The translations under genes and the position numbers were made by a program. Below the pieces are notes generated by a model. The model did not search any database and was not told the origin of the DNA. It worked only from the letters and a program-made list of their open reading frames with translations. DNA of 64,000 bases from an uncultured SAR86 cluster bacterium (lineage in GTDB: Bacteria; Pseudomonadota; Gammaproteobacteria; Magnimaribacterales; D2472): positions 40,302 through 104,301 of the forward strand of contig CACLMT010000003.1 of assembly GCA_902608115.1 (NCBI GenBank), read 5' to 3'. Of this stretch, positions 9,771 through 17,884 are shown one piece after another; the stretch's first letter is position 1, and each line of letters begins with the position of its first letter.

Positions 9771-10466
9771 TTACTTCCCCATTAAAGCTTCTGCTCTCTT
9801 TAAATCTTCTTTCTCATCTATATCAATACTATCATCTTCAGTCATTACAAAAGGCATGCTTCCATTAGAAGGAAAACCTTTTCTATCAAGAAAATCTTCA
9901 ATTGAAAAAATATATATAGCACCATTAGGTATATACACATCTTGAAGGTCTTGCCTTCGAGCATTTGATAGCTTTTCTTCAAAGAGCGATTCCAACCGTC
10001 CAGAATTTGAAATAATGAATGACTTAAATGGAGATTTCCTCATATGCATAACACTGATAAGTGATTCTTCTTTATTCTCAAGTAAGCTCATTATGGCTTT
10101 ATCAATGTGTTTAGAATTACGTAAAGGTGAAGTTGGCTGAAGATAAACAATAAAATTATTCTTATGATTAATATTTTTTGGAAGAGAATCAATAAAATGA
10201 TTAACCACGTCTATTGCTGAAGATTCATCGGTAGCAAATTCTACTGGTCTTAAGAGTGTTTTTGCTTTTAATGAATCAGCCAATGATAGCACTCTTAAAT
10301 CATCTGAAGACACCCATACCTCACCTATCAAAGAAGAATGAAGGGCTGCATGAATAGTATGTTGTACCAAAGGCTTACCATTAAGATTGAGCATGTTTTT
10401 GTCTATTAAACCTTTTGAACCCTTTCTTGCAGGAATAAGGCCTATAAAGCTTGATCTAGAAGTCAT
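9771..10466 (-). CDS. neuA: Acylneuraminate (nonulosonate) cytidylyltransferase, NeuA/LegF/PseF family
   Basis: The 231-aa ORF starts with the [15 protein letters not shown] motif of CMP-NulO synthetases. Its start overlaps the upstream ABC gene stop as ATGA. Confidence 0.8.
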   Translation of the reverse strand: MTSRSSFIGLIPARKGSKGLIDKNMLNLNGKPLVQHTIHAALHSSLIGEVWVSSDDLRVLSLADSLKAKTLLRPVEFATDESSAIDVVNHFIDSLPKNINHKNNFIVYLQPTSPLRNSKHIDKAIMSLLENKEESLISVMHMRKSPFKSFIISNSGRLESLFEEKLSNARRQDLQDVYIPNGAIYIFSIEDFLDRKGFPSNGSMPFVMTEDDSIDIDEKEDLKRAEALMGK

Positions 10467-12256
10467 GTGATAGTTTTGTTTTGATTGATTATTTCTTCAT
10501 ATGATCCAACTCGAAGAATTTTACCCTGATCTAATTCAATAATATGTGTACAACTTTCTAACGTAGTTAATCTATGAGCTACAATAATTAAGGTTAATTC
10601 TTGACCAAGGTTTCTGATTGCATCCATTACTACTTTTTCTGTTTCGTTATCTAGAGAGCTAGTTGCTTCATCAAAAACTATAATATTTGCCTTTTTATAC
10701 AATGCTCTAGCAATACCAATTCGCTGTCTTTGCCCGCCACTTAGTCTAACCCCTCTTTCACCAACTACTTCCTGATATCCATTTGGTCTATTGTCAATAA
10801 AATCTGAAATCATTGCTTTTTTAGCCGCATCTTTCACTCTAGACATATCAATTTTTTCTGGCATAACTCCAAATGCAATATTTTCTGCTATTGATGTATC
10901 AGCTAAGAAAATACTTTGAGGGACATGGGCTACTGTCTGACGCCACGCTCTAATTAAACTATCATCAATCTTTTGGTTATCTACTATTAGTTCTCCATTC
11001 GTTGGTTCTAGCAAACCCATAATTAAATCAAGTGTTGTGCTCTTACCACTTCCAGTGCTTCCTATTAACCCAATTCTTGAACCCTTTTTAATTTCTAAAG
11101 AAATATTATCTAAAACCAATGGGGTAATTTCACTATAACGAAAACTTAAATTACGAACTGAGAACGAATCTTTAATCTCTAATGGTTGGGGCTCATTTTC
11201 ATAATAGTACTGAGGAAAAGGTTGATCAAGGAGTTCTACAACATCATTGAGGGCTGCATGACTACCAGCTACTAATGACCAATTACCATAAATCTGTTGC
11301 ATTAATGGAAGTAATCTTTGAGCTCCTAGTGCTAACATACCCAATAGGGGAAGAGCTGCTGTAACACCTCCTGATCTATTAGTTAAAGCTAATACAAAAA
11401 TCGCTATCAATACCATTCCCAATGATTCCATTGCGTATCTGGGTGCCTGATTCATAAATCTATTTTCACCATTTGCTTTCATTAAAAGAAGAATCGCTTT
11501 TCTATAAATGCCAGTATAAATACGCTGAGTAGCATCTAAAATTACATCTCTAATTGCACCTAAACCTTCCTGCAAGGCTTTAACTACTTGAGTTTGTTGA
11601 GATGCAATTGATCTGCTATTTAACTCAAATCTTTTACTAGTTAAAAATGCAATTACGACATATGCAGACCCAAAGCTTAGACCCGCAACAATGGTAACTA
11701 ATGGATCAACAATCAACATTGTCATCATAATTGACATAAATAAAAAAGAAGACGTAATAATGGAAGTAACAGCTAACAAAACACCAGTCGCAGCGGTAAC
11801 CTTTTGAGTTATCCCGCTAATAATTTCACTGCTACTCCTCTCTATATGAACTTTAAATGGCTGATACAAAGTTCTTTCATAAACTTCAATACTTAAATCT
11901 GCTCCAGTCGCATTAGAGAGCTTTATGCTAACCCACAATAATAATAACCTTAAAGATCCAGCAATAATTGCCGCTAATCCAAAAGCAACAGTCAGTGGCA
12001 ATATAAGCTGATCACCGGAATTAATACCAAAAAAAATAATAAAATCTGCAAGCCATGGTGATTGAAAAACTTGCTCCGGCTGAGTAAGAATTCCAATAAA
12101 TGGAAGTACGGCACCTAAACTTGCAACTTCGGCGACAGAAGCAACCAATGTTAATATCAATAAGAAAATAAAATGTATTTTTCTTCTCTTACCAATATGG
12201 GTCCAAAGATCTTTAAATAACTTTGTTAATGAATTGTGGTTAATATTTTTGTTCAT
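10463..12256 (-). CDS. ABC exporter, fused permease/ATPase (MsbA-type half transporter)
   Basis: The 597-aa ORF has six predicted N-terminal TM helices, Walker A GSTGSGKST, the signature LSGGQRQR and Walker B IIVFDEATS. Confidence 0.85.
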   Translation of the reverse strand: MNKNINHNSLTKLFKDLWTHIGKRRKIHFIFLLILTLVASVAEVASLGAVLPFIGILTQPEQVFQSPWLADFIIFFGINSGDQLILPLTVAFGLAAIIAGSLRLLLLWVSIKLSNATGADLSIEVYERTLYQPFKVHIERSSSEIISGITQKVTAATGVLLAVTSIITSSFLFMSIMMTMLIVDPLVTIVAGLSFGSAYVVIAFLTSKRFELNSRSIASQQTQVVKALQEGLGAIRDVILDATQRIYTGIYRKAILLLMKANGENRFMNQAPRYAMESLGMVLIAIFVLALTNRSGGVTAALPLLGMLALGAQRLLPLMQQIYGNWSLVAGSHAALNDVVELLDQPFPQYYYENEPQPLEIKDSFSVRNLSFRYSEITPLVLDNISLEIKKGSRIGLIGSTGSGKSTTLDLIMGLLEPTNGELIVDNQKIDDSLIRAWRQTVAHVPQSIFLADTSIAENIAFGVMPEKIDMSRVKDAAKKAMISDFIDNRPNGYQEVVGERGVRLSGGQRQRIGIARALYKKANIIVFDEATSSLDNETEKVVMDAIRNLGQELTLIIVAHRLTTLESCTHIIELDQGKILRVGSYEEIINQNKTIT

Positions 12257-13293
12257 TATGATCTTATCTTAAAATTCCAAGCTGAACTGCACATCTCTTC
12301 TACCCCCTTTGTTGCAATCCATTTAAATGCTTGGGCGGATCGATGCACATCTGCATAACAGCTAGCCACATCTCCAGGTCTTCTAGATGCAAATTTATAT
12401 GGGATCTTTACATTATTAACTTCTTCAAAGGTACGTATTAACTCTAAAACGCTACAACCTTTCCCAGTACCAATATTAAAAATATGAAATCCTGCTTTGG
12501 CAATTGAAGAAAGCTCAATATCTTCATGATTAATTACTTTCAACCCTATATAATTTAATGCTAATAGATGAGATTCTGATAAATCCATAATATGGACATA
12601 ATCTCTAACTCCAGTCCCATCAATTGTGTCGTAATCATTACCGTAAATATTAATATGTGGTAATTCTCCATTGGCTACATTTACAATATGCGGCATAAGA
12701 TTATTAGGTATGCCTCGAGGGTTTTCTCCAATTAGCCCACTTTCATGAGCTCCAACTGGATTAAAGTACCTAAGACAAACAATCTTCCATCCATCCTCTG
12801 CTTCTGAGATACTTCTAAGCTCTTCTTCAATTTTTAGCTTTGTTTCTGCGTATGGATTATTGCTCGATAATGGATGCTTCTCATCTATTGGCAAGTACCT
12901 TGGAATTCCATATACAGTTGCACTACTGCTATAAATTAAATTTTTAACTCCAAAAGATCTCATCACAGAAAGCAAGCATGATGTACCATTGCAGTTATTC
13001 TTAAAGTACTCATTCGGCTTAAGAATTGATTCAGATACTGATTTTAAAGCAGCCAAATGAATCACTGCATCAAAACTATGTTTTGTAAAAATTCTGTTTA
13101 ACTCGGTTTCATCAGATATATTACTTTGATAAAAAGTAATTTTCCTACCCATTAAATTCTCTAAATCATCAATAGACTCTGAGCTGCTATTGGAGAAATT
13201 ATCTATTATTACAACATCATGCCCACTATCTAGTAAAAGAAAAGCAATATGAATGCCGATATATCCAGCTCCGCCAGGTATTAAAAAATTCAT
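12256..13293 (-). CDS. galE: UDP-glucose/UDP-GlcNAc 4-epimerase (GalE family SDR)
   Basis: The 345-aa ORF has GGAGYIG, SSSATVYG and YAETK (YxxxK), and is GalE-like over its full length. Confidence 0.8.
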   Translation of the reverse strand: MNFLIPGGAGYIGIHIAFLLLDSGHDVVIIDNFSNSSSESIDDLENLMGRKITFYQSNISDETELNRIFTKHSFDAVIHLAALKSVSESILKPNEYFKNNCNGTSCLLSVMRSFGVKNLIYSSSATVYGIPRYLPIDEKHPLSSNNPYAETKLKIEEELRSISEAEDGWKIVCLRYFNPVGAHESGLIGENPRGIPNNLMPHIVNVANGELPHINIYGNDYDTIDGTGVRDYVHIMDLSESHLLALNYIGLKVINHEDIELSSIAKAGFHIFNIGTGKGCSVLELIRTFEEVNNVKIPYKFASRRPGDVASCYADVHRSAQAFKWIATKGVEEMCSSAWNFKIRS

Positions 13294-13336
13294 TTAATTA
13301 AGCTGTTTAAACTTGAGGTTATAGACTGAACTAAAA

Positions 13337-14245
13337 CTAATCTATCTTTCTAAACAAATAATGGTTTGTTAGGATAAAAAATATGCTGAGCATGAATCCT
13401 ATAAATGTTCCGGCTATACAAATCATTGACCTAACAGGCGCAGATTTCTTTTCAGGCACATAAGCTGAATCAAGAGGCCGTAGAAGATAGTCTTTACGAA
13501 CATTTGCAAGCATTTCAGTTTCAAGTTGAGATTGAATTAATGCGTTGATTGAATTTCTTATATCTGCAACCCTATATATATTAAGTTGATCATTCAAATA
13601 TGTCTTTGATCTTTGAGCCTCAGCAATATCCCTATTTCTTTCAATATTGTTTAATTCATTAATAATCAAATCTAAAAAAGACTTTGCAAAATATGGTGAT
13701 TGGTGTTCTACGCTGATTGCCAAGAACCCTGTATCAATATCAATAAAAACATCTACTATTGAAAGAAATTTTTTATACACTTCATTTTCAGAAGGTAAAT
13801 TAACTAACCATTTTTGATCAGTTGTGTCATAAATTTCCTCATCAAAATTTATAGATTTGGATGCTGGATCGTATCCCTTCAAAGCCATTAATGCCGGAAG
13901 CACCCCATCAAAAGATGAAATATGCTTTACAAAATCTCTAGATCTTATGGTGTGCTTTGCAAGATCTGCTTTTTCATCTGTACCTCCACCTGATCCTAGG
14001 TTCACTCCAGCCAAAGCCGCTATACTTCCAAATTGAGAATTAGTGGATACTGTGCTTCCACTTGAACCTGCCACTTTTAAAACTACATCTGATTTATATA
14101 TATTTGGCAAGGACAATGAATAGAAAACAGAGCTTACAGCAAAAATAAATGAGATGATTATAATTAATCTCTTCTTTTCCCATACGATTGAGAATAATTC
14201 ACTAAGATTTATTTCATCATTGCTAGAGGCGGCATTATTTGACAT
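13337..14245 (-). CDS. wzz: Polysaccharide chain-length determinant (Wzz/PCP family)
   Basis: The 302-aa ORF has the N-terminal Wzz motif (INLSELFSIVWEKKRLIIIISF..., TM1), a periplasmic coiled region and a C-terminal TM (ICIAGTFIGFMLSIFFIL). Confidence 0.7.
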   Translation of the reverse strand: MSNNAASSNDEINLSELFSIVWEKKRLIIIISFIFAVSSVFYSLSLPNIYKSDVVLKVAGSSGSTVSTNSQFGSIAALAGVNLGSGGGTDEKADLAKHTIRSRDFVKHISSFDGVLPALMALKGYDPASKSINFDEEIYDTTDQKWLVNLPSENEVYKKFLSIVDVFIDIDTGFLAISVEHQSPYFAKSFLDLIINELNNIERNRDIAEAQRSKTYLNDQLNIYRVADIRNSINALIQSQLETEMLANVRKDYLLRPLDSAYVPEKKSAPVRSMICIAGTFIGFMLSIFFILTNHYLFRKID

Positions 14246-14300
14246 TTTTTATGGCTCCTAATTAATATTTCTTATCGATTTTATCATGAACATTAATCAT

Positions 14301-14387
14301 TGGTGCCCAGAGCCGGACTTGAACCGGCACGAAGTTGCCTTCGAGGGATTTTAAGTCCCTTGTGTCTACCAATTCCACCACCTGGGC
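14301..14387 (-). tRNA. tRNA-Leu (anticodon UAA), class II with long variable arm, CCA encoded
   Basis: The reverse complement is GCCCAGGTGGTGGAATTGGTAGACACAAGGGACTTAAAATCCCTCGAAGGCAACTTCGTGCCGGTTCAAGTCCGGCTCTGGGCACCA. It has anticodon loop CTTAAAA and T-loop GGTTCAAGTCC, and is close to E. coli leuZ as recalled. Confidence 0.9.
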
Positions 14388-14411
14388 AAAATATAAAGTT
14401 TAAATCCTCCA

Positions 14412-14485
14412 TGGAGGCTGAAGCCGGAATCGAACCGGCGTAAACGGCTTTGCAGGCCGCTGCATAACCACTCTGCCATCCAGCC
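14412..14485 (-). tRNA. tRNA-Cys (anticodon GCA), CCA encoded
   Basis: The reverse complement is GGCTGGATGGCAGAGTGGTTATGCAGCGGCCTGCAAAGCCGTTTACGCCGGTTCGATTCCGGCTTCAGCCTCCA. It has anticodon loop CTGCAAA and T-loop GGTTCGATTCC. Confidence 0.9.
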
Positions 14486-14539
14486 ACTGCGTGATTATAG
14501 CAAAGCATTACTGATTTTAACTGAAACAATGGAACTTAA

Positions 14540-14887
14540 TTAAATTAAATTATTTTTATCTTCTTCCGCCTTTAAGGCTTCAATTTCAGTCTTAAGAGCC
14601 TCATATTCTTTCTCTTTTCTTTCAATAAAACTTTGCGTAATTTTCAATTTTTCACTTAAACCTGATGGGGTCAAAATATAGGCATAATTTTTTTTATTTT
14701 TAGCATTCTTGAAATTCTCAAACTTTAAAAATCCAACCTCTATCAATTGATTAACAACATAATTTACCTTTCCTAAACTGAATTTTGTTTGATCAGCAAT
14801 ACTTCTTTGATTTGAAATATCTGATTTACTAATTACATCCAAAACTTTGAATTTAGTTTCTATATCTATTTTCGTTTTATCGTTCAT
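14540..14887 (-). CDS. MarR-family EPS-associated transcriptional regulator (small winged-helix plus C-terminal coiled coil)
   Basis: The 115-aa ORF contains NQRSIADQTKFSLGKVNYVVNQLIEVGFLKFENF...NYAYILTPSGLSEK...EKEYEALKTEIEALK. This matches the MarR_EPS family pattern as recalled. Confidence 0.7.
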   Translation of the reverse strand: MNDKTKIDIETKFKVLDVISKSDISNQRSIADQTKFSLGKVNYVVNQLIEVGFLKFENFKNAKNKKNYAYILTPSGLSEKLKITQSFIERKEKEYEALKTEIEALKAEEDKNNLI

Positions 14888-14935
14888 AAAAAGTGAGGTT
14901 TGTGATTGTTTTTTAAAGAAAGTAGCTAAGAATTA

Positions 14936-14947
14936 ACAGCTACCGCA
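14936..14947 (-). promoter_or_regulatory. ops-like element (candidate RfaH recruitment site) in the locus leader
   Basis: The minus strand reads TGCGGTAGCTGT, against E. coli ops GGCGGTAGCGTG (GGCGGTAGnnTG). Positions 2-9 (GCGGTAGC) are identical. It is in the sense orientation, 82 nt downstream of the RfaH-like stop and 49 nt upstream of the MarR-EPS start. Confidence 0.35.
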
Positions 14948-14965
14948 GAACAAAGGTACTTGTTT

Positions 14966-14994
14966 GTTCAACGTTGTACTGTTCAATGTTGTAC
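14966..14994. repeat. Two tandem 14-bp near-palindromic direct repeats (candidate operator pair)
   Basis: GTTCAACGTTGTAC (14966-14979) and GTTCAATGTTGTAC (14981-14994) are 13/14 identical with a 15-bp period. The first is a palindrome apart from one mismatched pair, around an AACGTT core. They lie in the 141-bp rfaH-like/marR-like intergenic leader. Confidence 0.45.
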
Positions 14995-15028
14995 ATTGTG
15001 AAGATTTATATAAATTAGTCAAGTTTTT

Positions 15029-15532
15029 TTATTTCTTTGAGATAATACTAGTGTCTACCTGAATGGTATGAGCTCTATTTAATAAAGAAAAGAGGATTTC
15101 AACCCTTTGCTCAGATATTGTCGCTGTAATGATTGCTTCCTGATCTTTTAAAGGCCCAGTAAGAATTTCTATAAATTCTCCGATTCTGTAAGACTCTTTG
15201 TTTGGATTATTAATGGATTCAAGCTCCACTTCTTTAAAAGACTGAATGACTTGATTATCAAGAACAGGATACTTGTCTCCAAAACGGATGATCTTAATCA
15301 CTCCTCGAGTAGATCTCACTGGTTTTATCTCTAGGTTGGGTTCTGATTTAAGAAATGCATAACCAGGAAACATAGCTTGTTTTTTTATTACTGTTTTGGT
15401 CTTGGATAATAGACTGGAATGTAAAACTGGAAAATAGGGTTCATATCCCTGATTTAAAAGATTTTCCTCTGCTCTTTTTCCTTCCTTGGGCTTGATATTT
15501 AAAACAAGCCAACCAAATTGTAATAATGACAT
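15029..15532 (-). CDS. RfaH-like NusG paralog (NGN + KOW) transcription antiterminator
   Basis: The 167-aa ORF has an NGN-like N-terminus (WLVLNIKPKEGKRAEENLLNQGYEPYFPV...FPGYAFL) and a KOW-like C-terminus (IGEFIEILTGPLKDQEAIITA...RVEILFSLLNR). It is not in the secE-nusG-rplK context and sits at the head of a polysaccharide locus. Confidence 0.7.
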   Translation of the reverse strand: MSLLQFGWLVLNIKPKEGKRAEENLLNQGYEPYFPVLHSSLLSKTKTVIKKQAMFPGYAFLKSEPNLEIKPVRSTRGVIKIIRFGDKYPVLDNQVIQSFKEVELESINNPNKESYRIGEFIEILTGPLKDQEAIITATISEQRVEILFSLLNRAHTIQVDTSIISKK

Positions 15533-15538
15533 CTTCTA

Positions 15539-16093
15539 TTATTCGCTTTCTTCATTTTTTAAGTTAAATGAATTTAAAGTATATTGAAGCCCTGTTAATA
15601 AACTAATAATTAGGGCAAAAAACAAAAAGAAATCTGAGATAAATAATAAGAATGCATTTCCCAGGAATAGGGCTAAAAGGTAAAATGAAACTACAAACAT
15701 CAGTATAGAAGTTTTTATTTTGGCTAATAAAGTTACTTTTGTTCTATCAGATTGAGATAAGCGTGCATTAAACTCTCTGATTCCGTTAACCCAAATATCT
15801 CTTGAAATCATTAAAGCGCCCACAAAAGCAATGAATGCACTATTAAGCTCAATTGCAAGTGCAAATAAGAGAAAAATTATAATAATTTTATCTGAAATGG
15901 GATCTAAAATTTCCCCTATAACCGATGTAGCATCATACTTTCTTGCGAAATAACCATCTAAGTAATCGCTAATAGCAACAAAGAAAAACAAGAGCAGTGC
16001 AAAACCAAATAACTGAAAAAATACAATTAAAATAAATATCAGAGGTGCAAAAATAATTCTGCTAACTGTGAGAAAAGTAATAAATTTTTCCAT
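15539..16093 (-). CDS. pgsA: CDP-diacylglycerol--glycerol-3-phosphate 3-phosphatidyltransferase
   Basis: The 184-aa membrane ORF carries the CDP-alcohol phosphatidyltransferase motif DGYFARKYDATSVIGEILDPISDK and follows uvrC as in E. coli. Confidence 0.85.
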   Translation of the reverse strand: MEKFITFLTVSRIIFAPLIFILIVFFQLFGFALLLFFFVAISDYLDGYFARKYDATSVIGEILDPISDKIIIIFLLFALAIELNSAFIAFVGALMISRDIWVNGIREFNARLSQSDRTKVTLLAKIKTSILMFVVSFYLLALFLGNAFLLFISDFFLFFALIISLLTGLQYTLNSFNLKNEESE

Positions 16094-16096
16094 GTC

Positions 16097-17884
16097 TTAT
16101 TTTAATCCCTGTTGAATACGTTCGCATAATTTTTTATTTACTCCTTTAACTAACATTAGATCTTTAGAAGAAGCATTTTTTATATTTTTTATATTTTTAT
16201 ACTTTTTTATAAGTCTTCTTTTCATTACAGGTCCAATTCCTTCAATCAAATTTAAAGCAGAATATTTAGTTTCTTTATATTTCTTTTTTCGGGAATTTTT
16301 TAAAGCAAAACGATGCGATTCATCTCTCACTTGTTGCAATAATCTAAATCCGCCGCTCTCCTTGGGCATTTCTATCGTGCCTTTTTGAGAGAGAATAGTC
16401 TCAGTAGCACGCACTCTTTTTAAACCCTTTACAATACTTAATACGATTGGTAAATTTGCCTTCATTGAGTTAAAAACATTTAAGGCAGTATTTAGTTGCA
16501 AATTACCGCCATCTATCAAAATAATATCTGGCAAAGGGTTACTTTTTATTTTGAGAATTCTTTTATTTAAAGCGTATTCTAAAGAGCCTGTATCATTACC
16601 TGATAGTTCAGCGGGAATGTTATATGTTCGATAGAATTTTTTATCTGGACCTCCTTCATTAAACCGAATGCATGAAGCAACTGCATTGGTTCCTGATAAG
16701 TGACTGATATCATATCCCTCAATAGTTAAATTTTGCTTTTTAACACCTAAAATATTTTTTAAATCTAAAACTGCATGAAGATATCTATCTGATACTTTAG
16801 TTTTATTTTCAATGATTTGCTTGGCATTAAGAATTGATAATTTAGATAATTGCTTTGCTGCTACAGGCACTCTAGAAGAAATAGGAATAGATTCATTAAA
16901 TTTTATTTCTATGGCTTGTTTTATTAAAAATAAATTATTTGGTTTAAAGGTTAATAAAATTTTATCAGGAAGCGAAAAAGAATTTTGATAATAAGAAAAA
17001 ATTAAGCTTTGGAGAATTTGATCCATTTCCTTGGAATAATCATCTTTAAAGTAATATGTTTTTGTACCTCTAATCTTCCCTTCCCTTACAGATAAAATAC
17101 ATGCACCAGTTCGACCATGAATAATGATGCAAGAAAAAAAATCAACACTTGTAAGATGGCTATTAAAAGATTGCTCTTGATGTAAAACATCCAAAGTAGA
17201 AAGTCTTTTTTTTATATCATTTGCTTTCTCAAAATTTTGTTGATCAGCATATTTTTTCATTTGCAATAGCATTGATTTTTTTGCCTTATCTCCTGAAGAA
17301 GAAACGTAGTGCTTAGCAAAAGAAATATCATCTTTATAATTAGTTTCTGAAATTAAACCGACACATGGTCCAGAACATCTCTTCATTTGATATTCGATAC
17401 AGGGTCTAGACCTATTACTAAAAGTGCTATCACTACAATTTCTTATATTATAAATTTTTTGTAGATCCTTGATTGTTCTCTTCACAGCATGAGCGCTAAT
17501 AAAAGGTCCAAAATGATTTTTTGAAACTGCATGTTTAGAACGCTTCATGCTGATACTAGGAAATTGATGATCCATTGAAAAATGAATATATGGATATGTC
17601 TTATCATCCCGTAGAAGAATATTGAAGCGAGGTAAATTTTCTTTAATCAAAGACTGCTCTAATAATAATGCATCAGCTTCAGTTTGCGTTGAAAAAGTCT
17701 CAATTTTATCTGTAAGAAGTTTTATTTTCTGCGTCTTTCTATCCTTTATAGATTGACCAAAATATGAAGAAACTCGAGTTTTTAAATTTTTTGCTTTACC
17801 AATATAAATAATTTTATTATTAGAAAAAAATTTATAAATTCCTGGAGTTTTGGGAATTTGTTTTAAATTAAGCTCCATTCTCAC
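16097..17884 (-). CDS. uvrC: Excinuclease ABC subunit C
   Basis: The 595-aa ORF has a GIY-YIG N-terminus (PGIYKF...IIYIGKAKNLKTRV), a UVR domain, an endonuclease V-like domain and a C-terminal (HhH)2. Confidence 0.9.
   Translation of the reverse strand: MRMELNLKQIPKTPGIYKFFSNNKIIYIGKAKNLKTRVSSYFGQSIKDRKTQKIKLLTDKIETFSTQTEADALLLEQSLIKENLPRFNILLRDDKTYPYIHFSMDHQFPSISMKRSKHAVSKNHFGPFISAHAVKRTIKDLQKIYNIRNCSDSTFSNRSRPCIEYQMKRCSGPCVGLISETNYKDDISFAKHYVSSSGDKAKKSMLLQMKKYADQQNFEKANDIKKRLSTLDVLHQEQSFNSHLTSVDFFSCIIIHGRTGACILSVREGKIRGTKTYYFKDDYSKEMDQILQSLIFSYYQNSFSLPDKILLTFKPNNLFLIKQAIEIKFNESIPISSRVPVAAKQLSKLSILNAKQIIENKTKVSDRYLHAVLDLKNILGVKKQNLTIEGYDISHLSGTNAVASCIRFNEGGPDKKFYRTYNIPAELSGNDTGSLEYALNKRILKIKSNPLPDIILIDGGNLQLNTALNVFNSMKANLPIVLSIVKGLKRVRATETILSQKGTIEMPKESGGFRLLQQVRDESHRFALKNSRKKKYKETKYSALNLIEGIGPVMKRRLIKKYKNIKNIKNASSKDLMLVKGVNKKLCERIQQGLK

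Noticed and set aside
14293-14529. 78-aa ORF in the six-frame track
   Set aside because: It is fully explained by the tRNA-Leu (14301-14387) and tRNA-Cys (14412-14485) genes on the same strand. The translation is an artefact of reading through structured RNA genes.
1-15532. Idea that the polysaccharide locus is a mobile genomic island
   Set aside because: The locus is tRNA-adjacent, but I found no integrase, transposase, IS end or direct repeat of the tRNA 3' end in the window. I also saw no obvious compositional break. Mobility cannot be claimed from this sequence.
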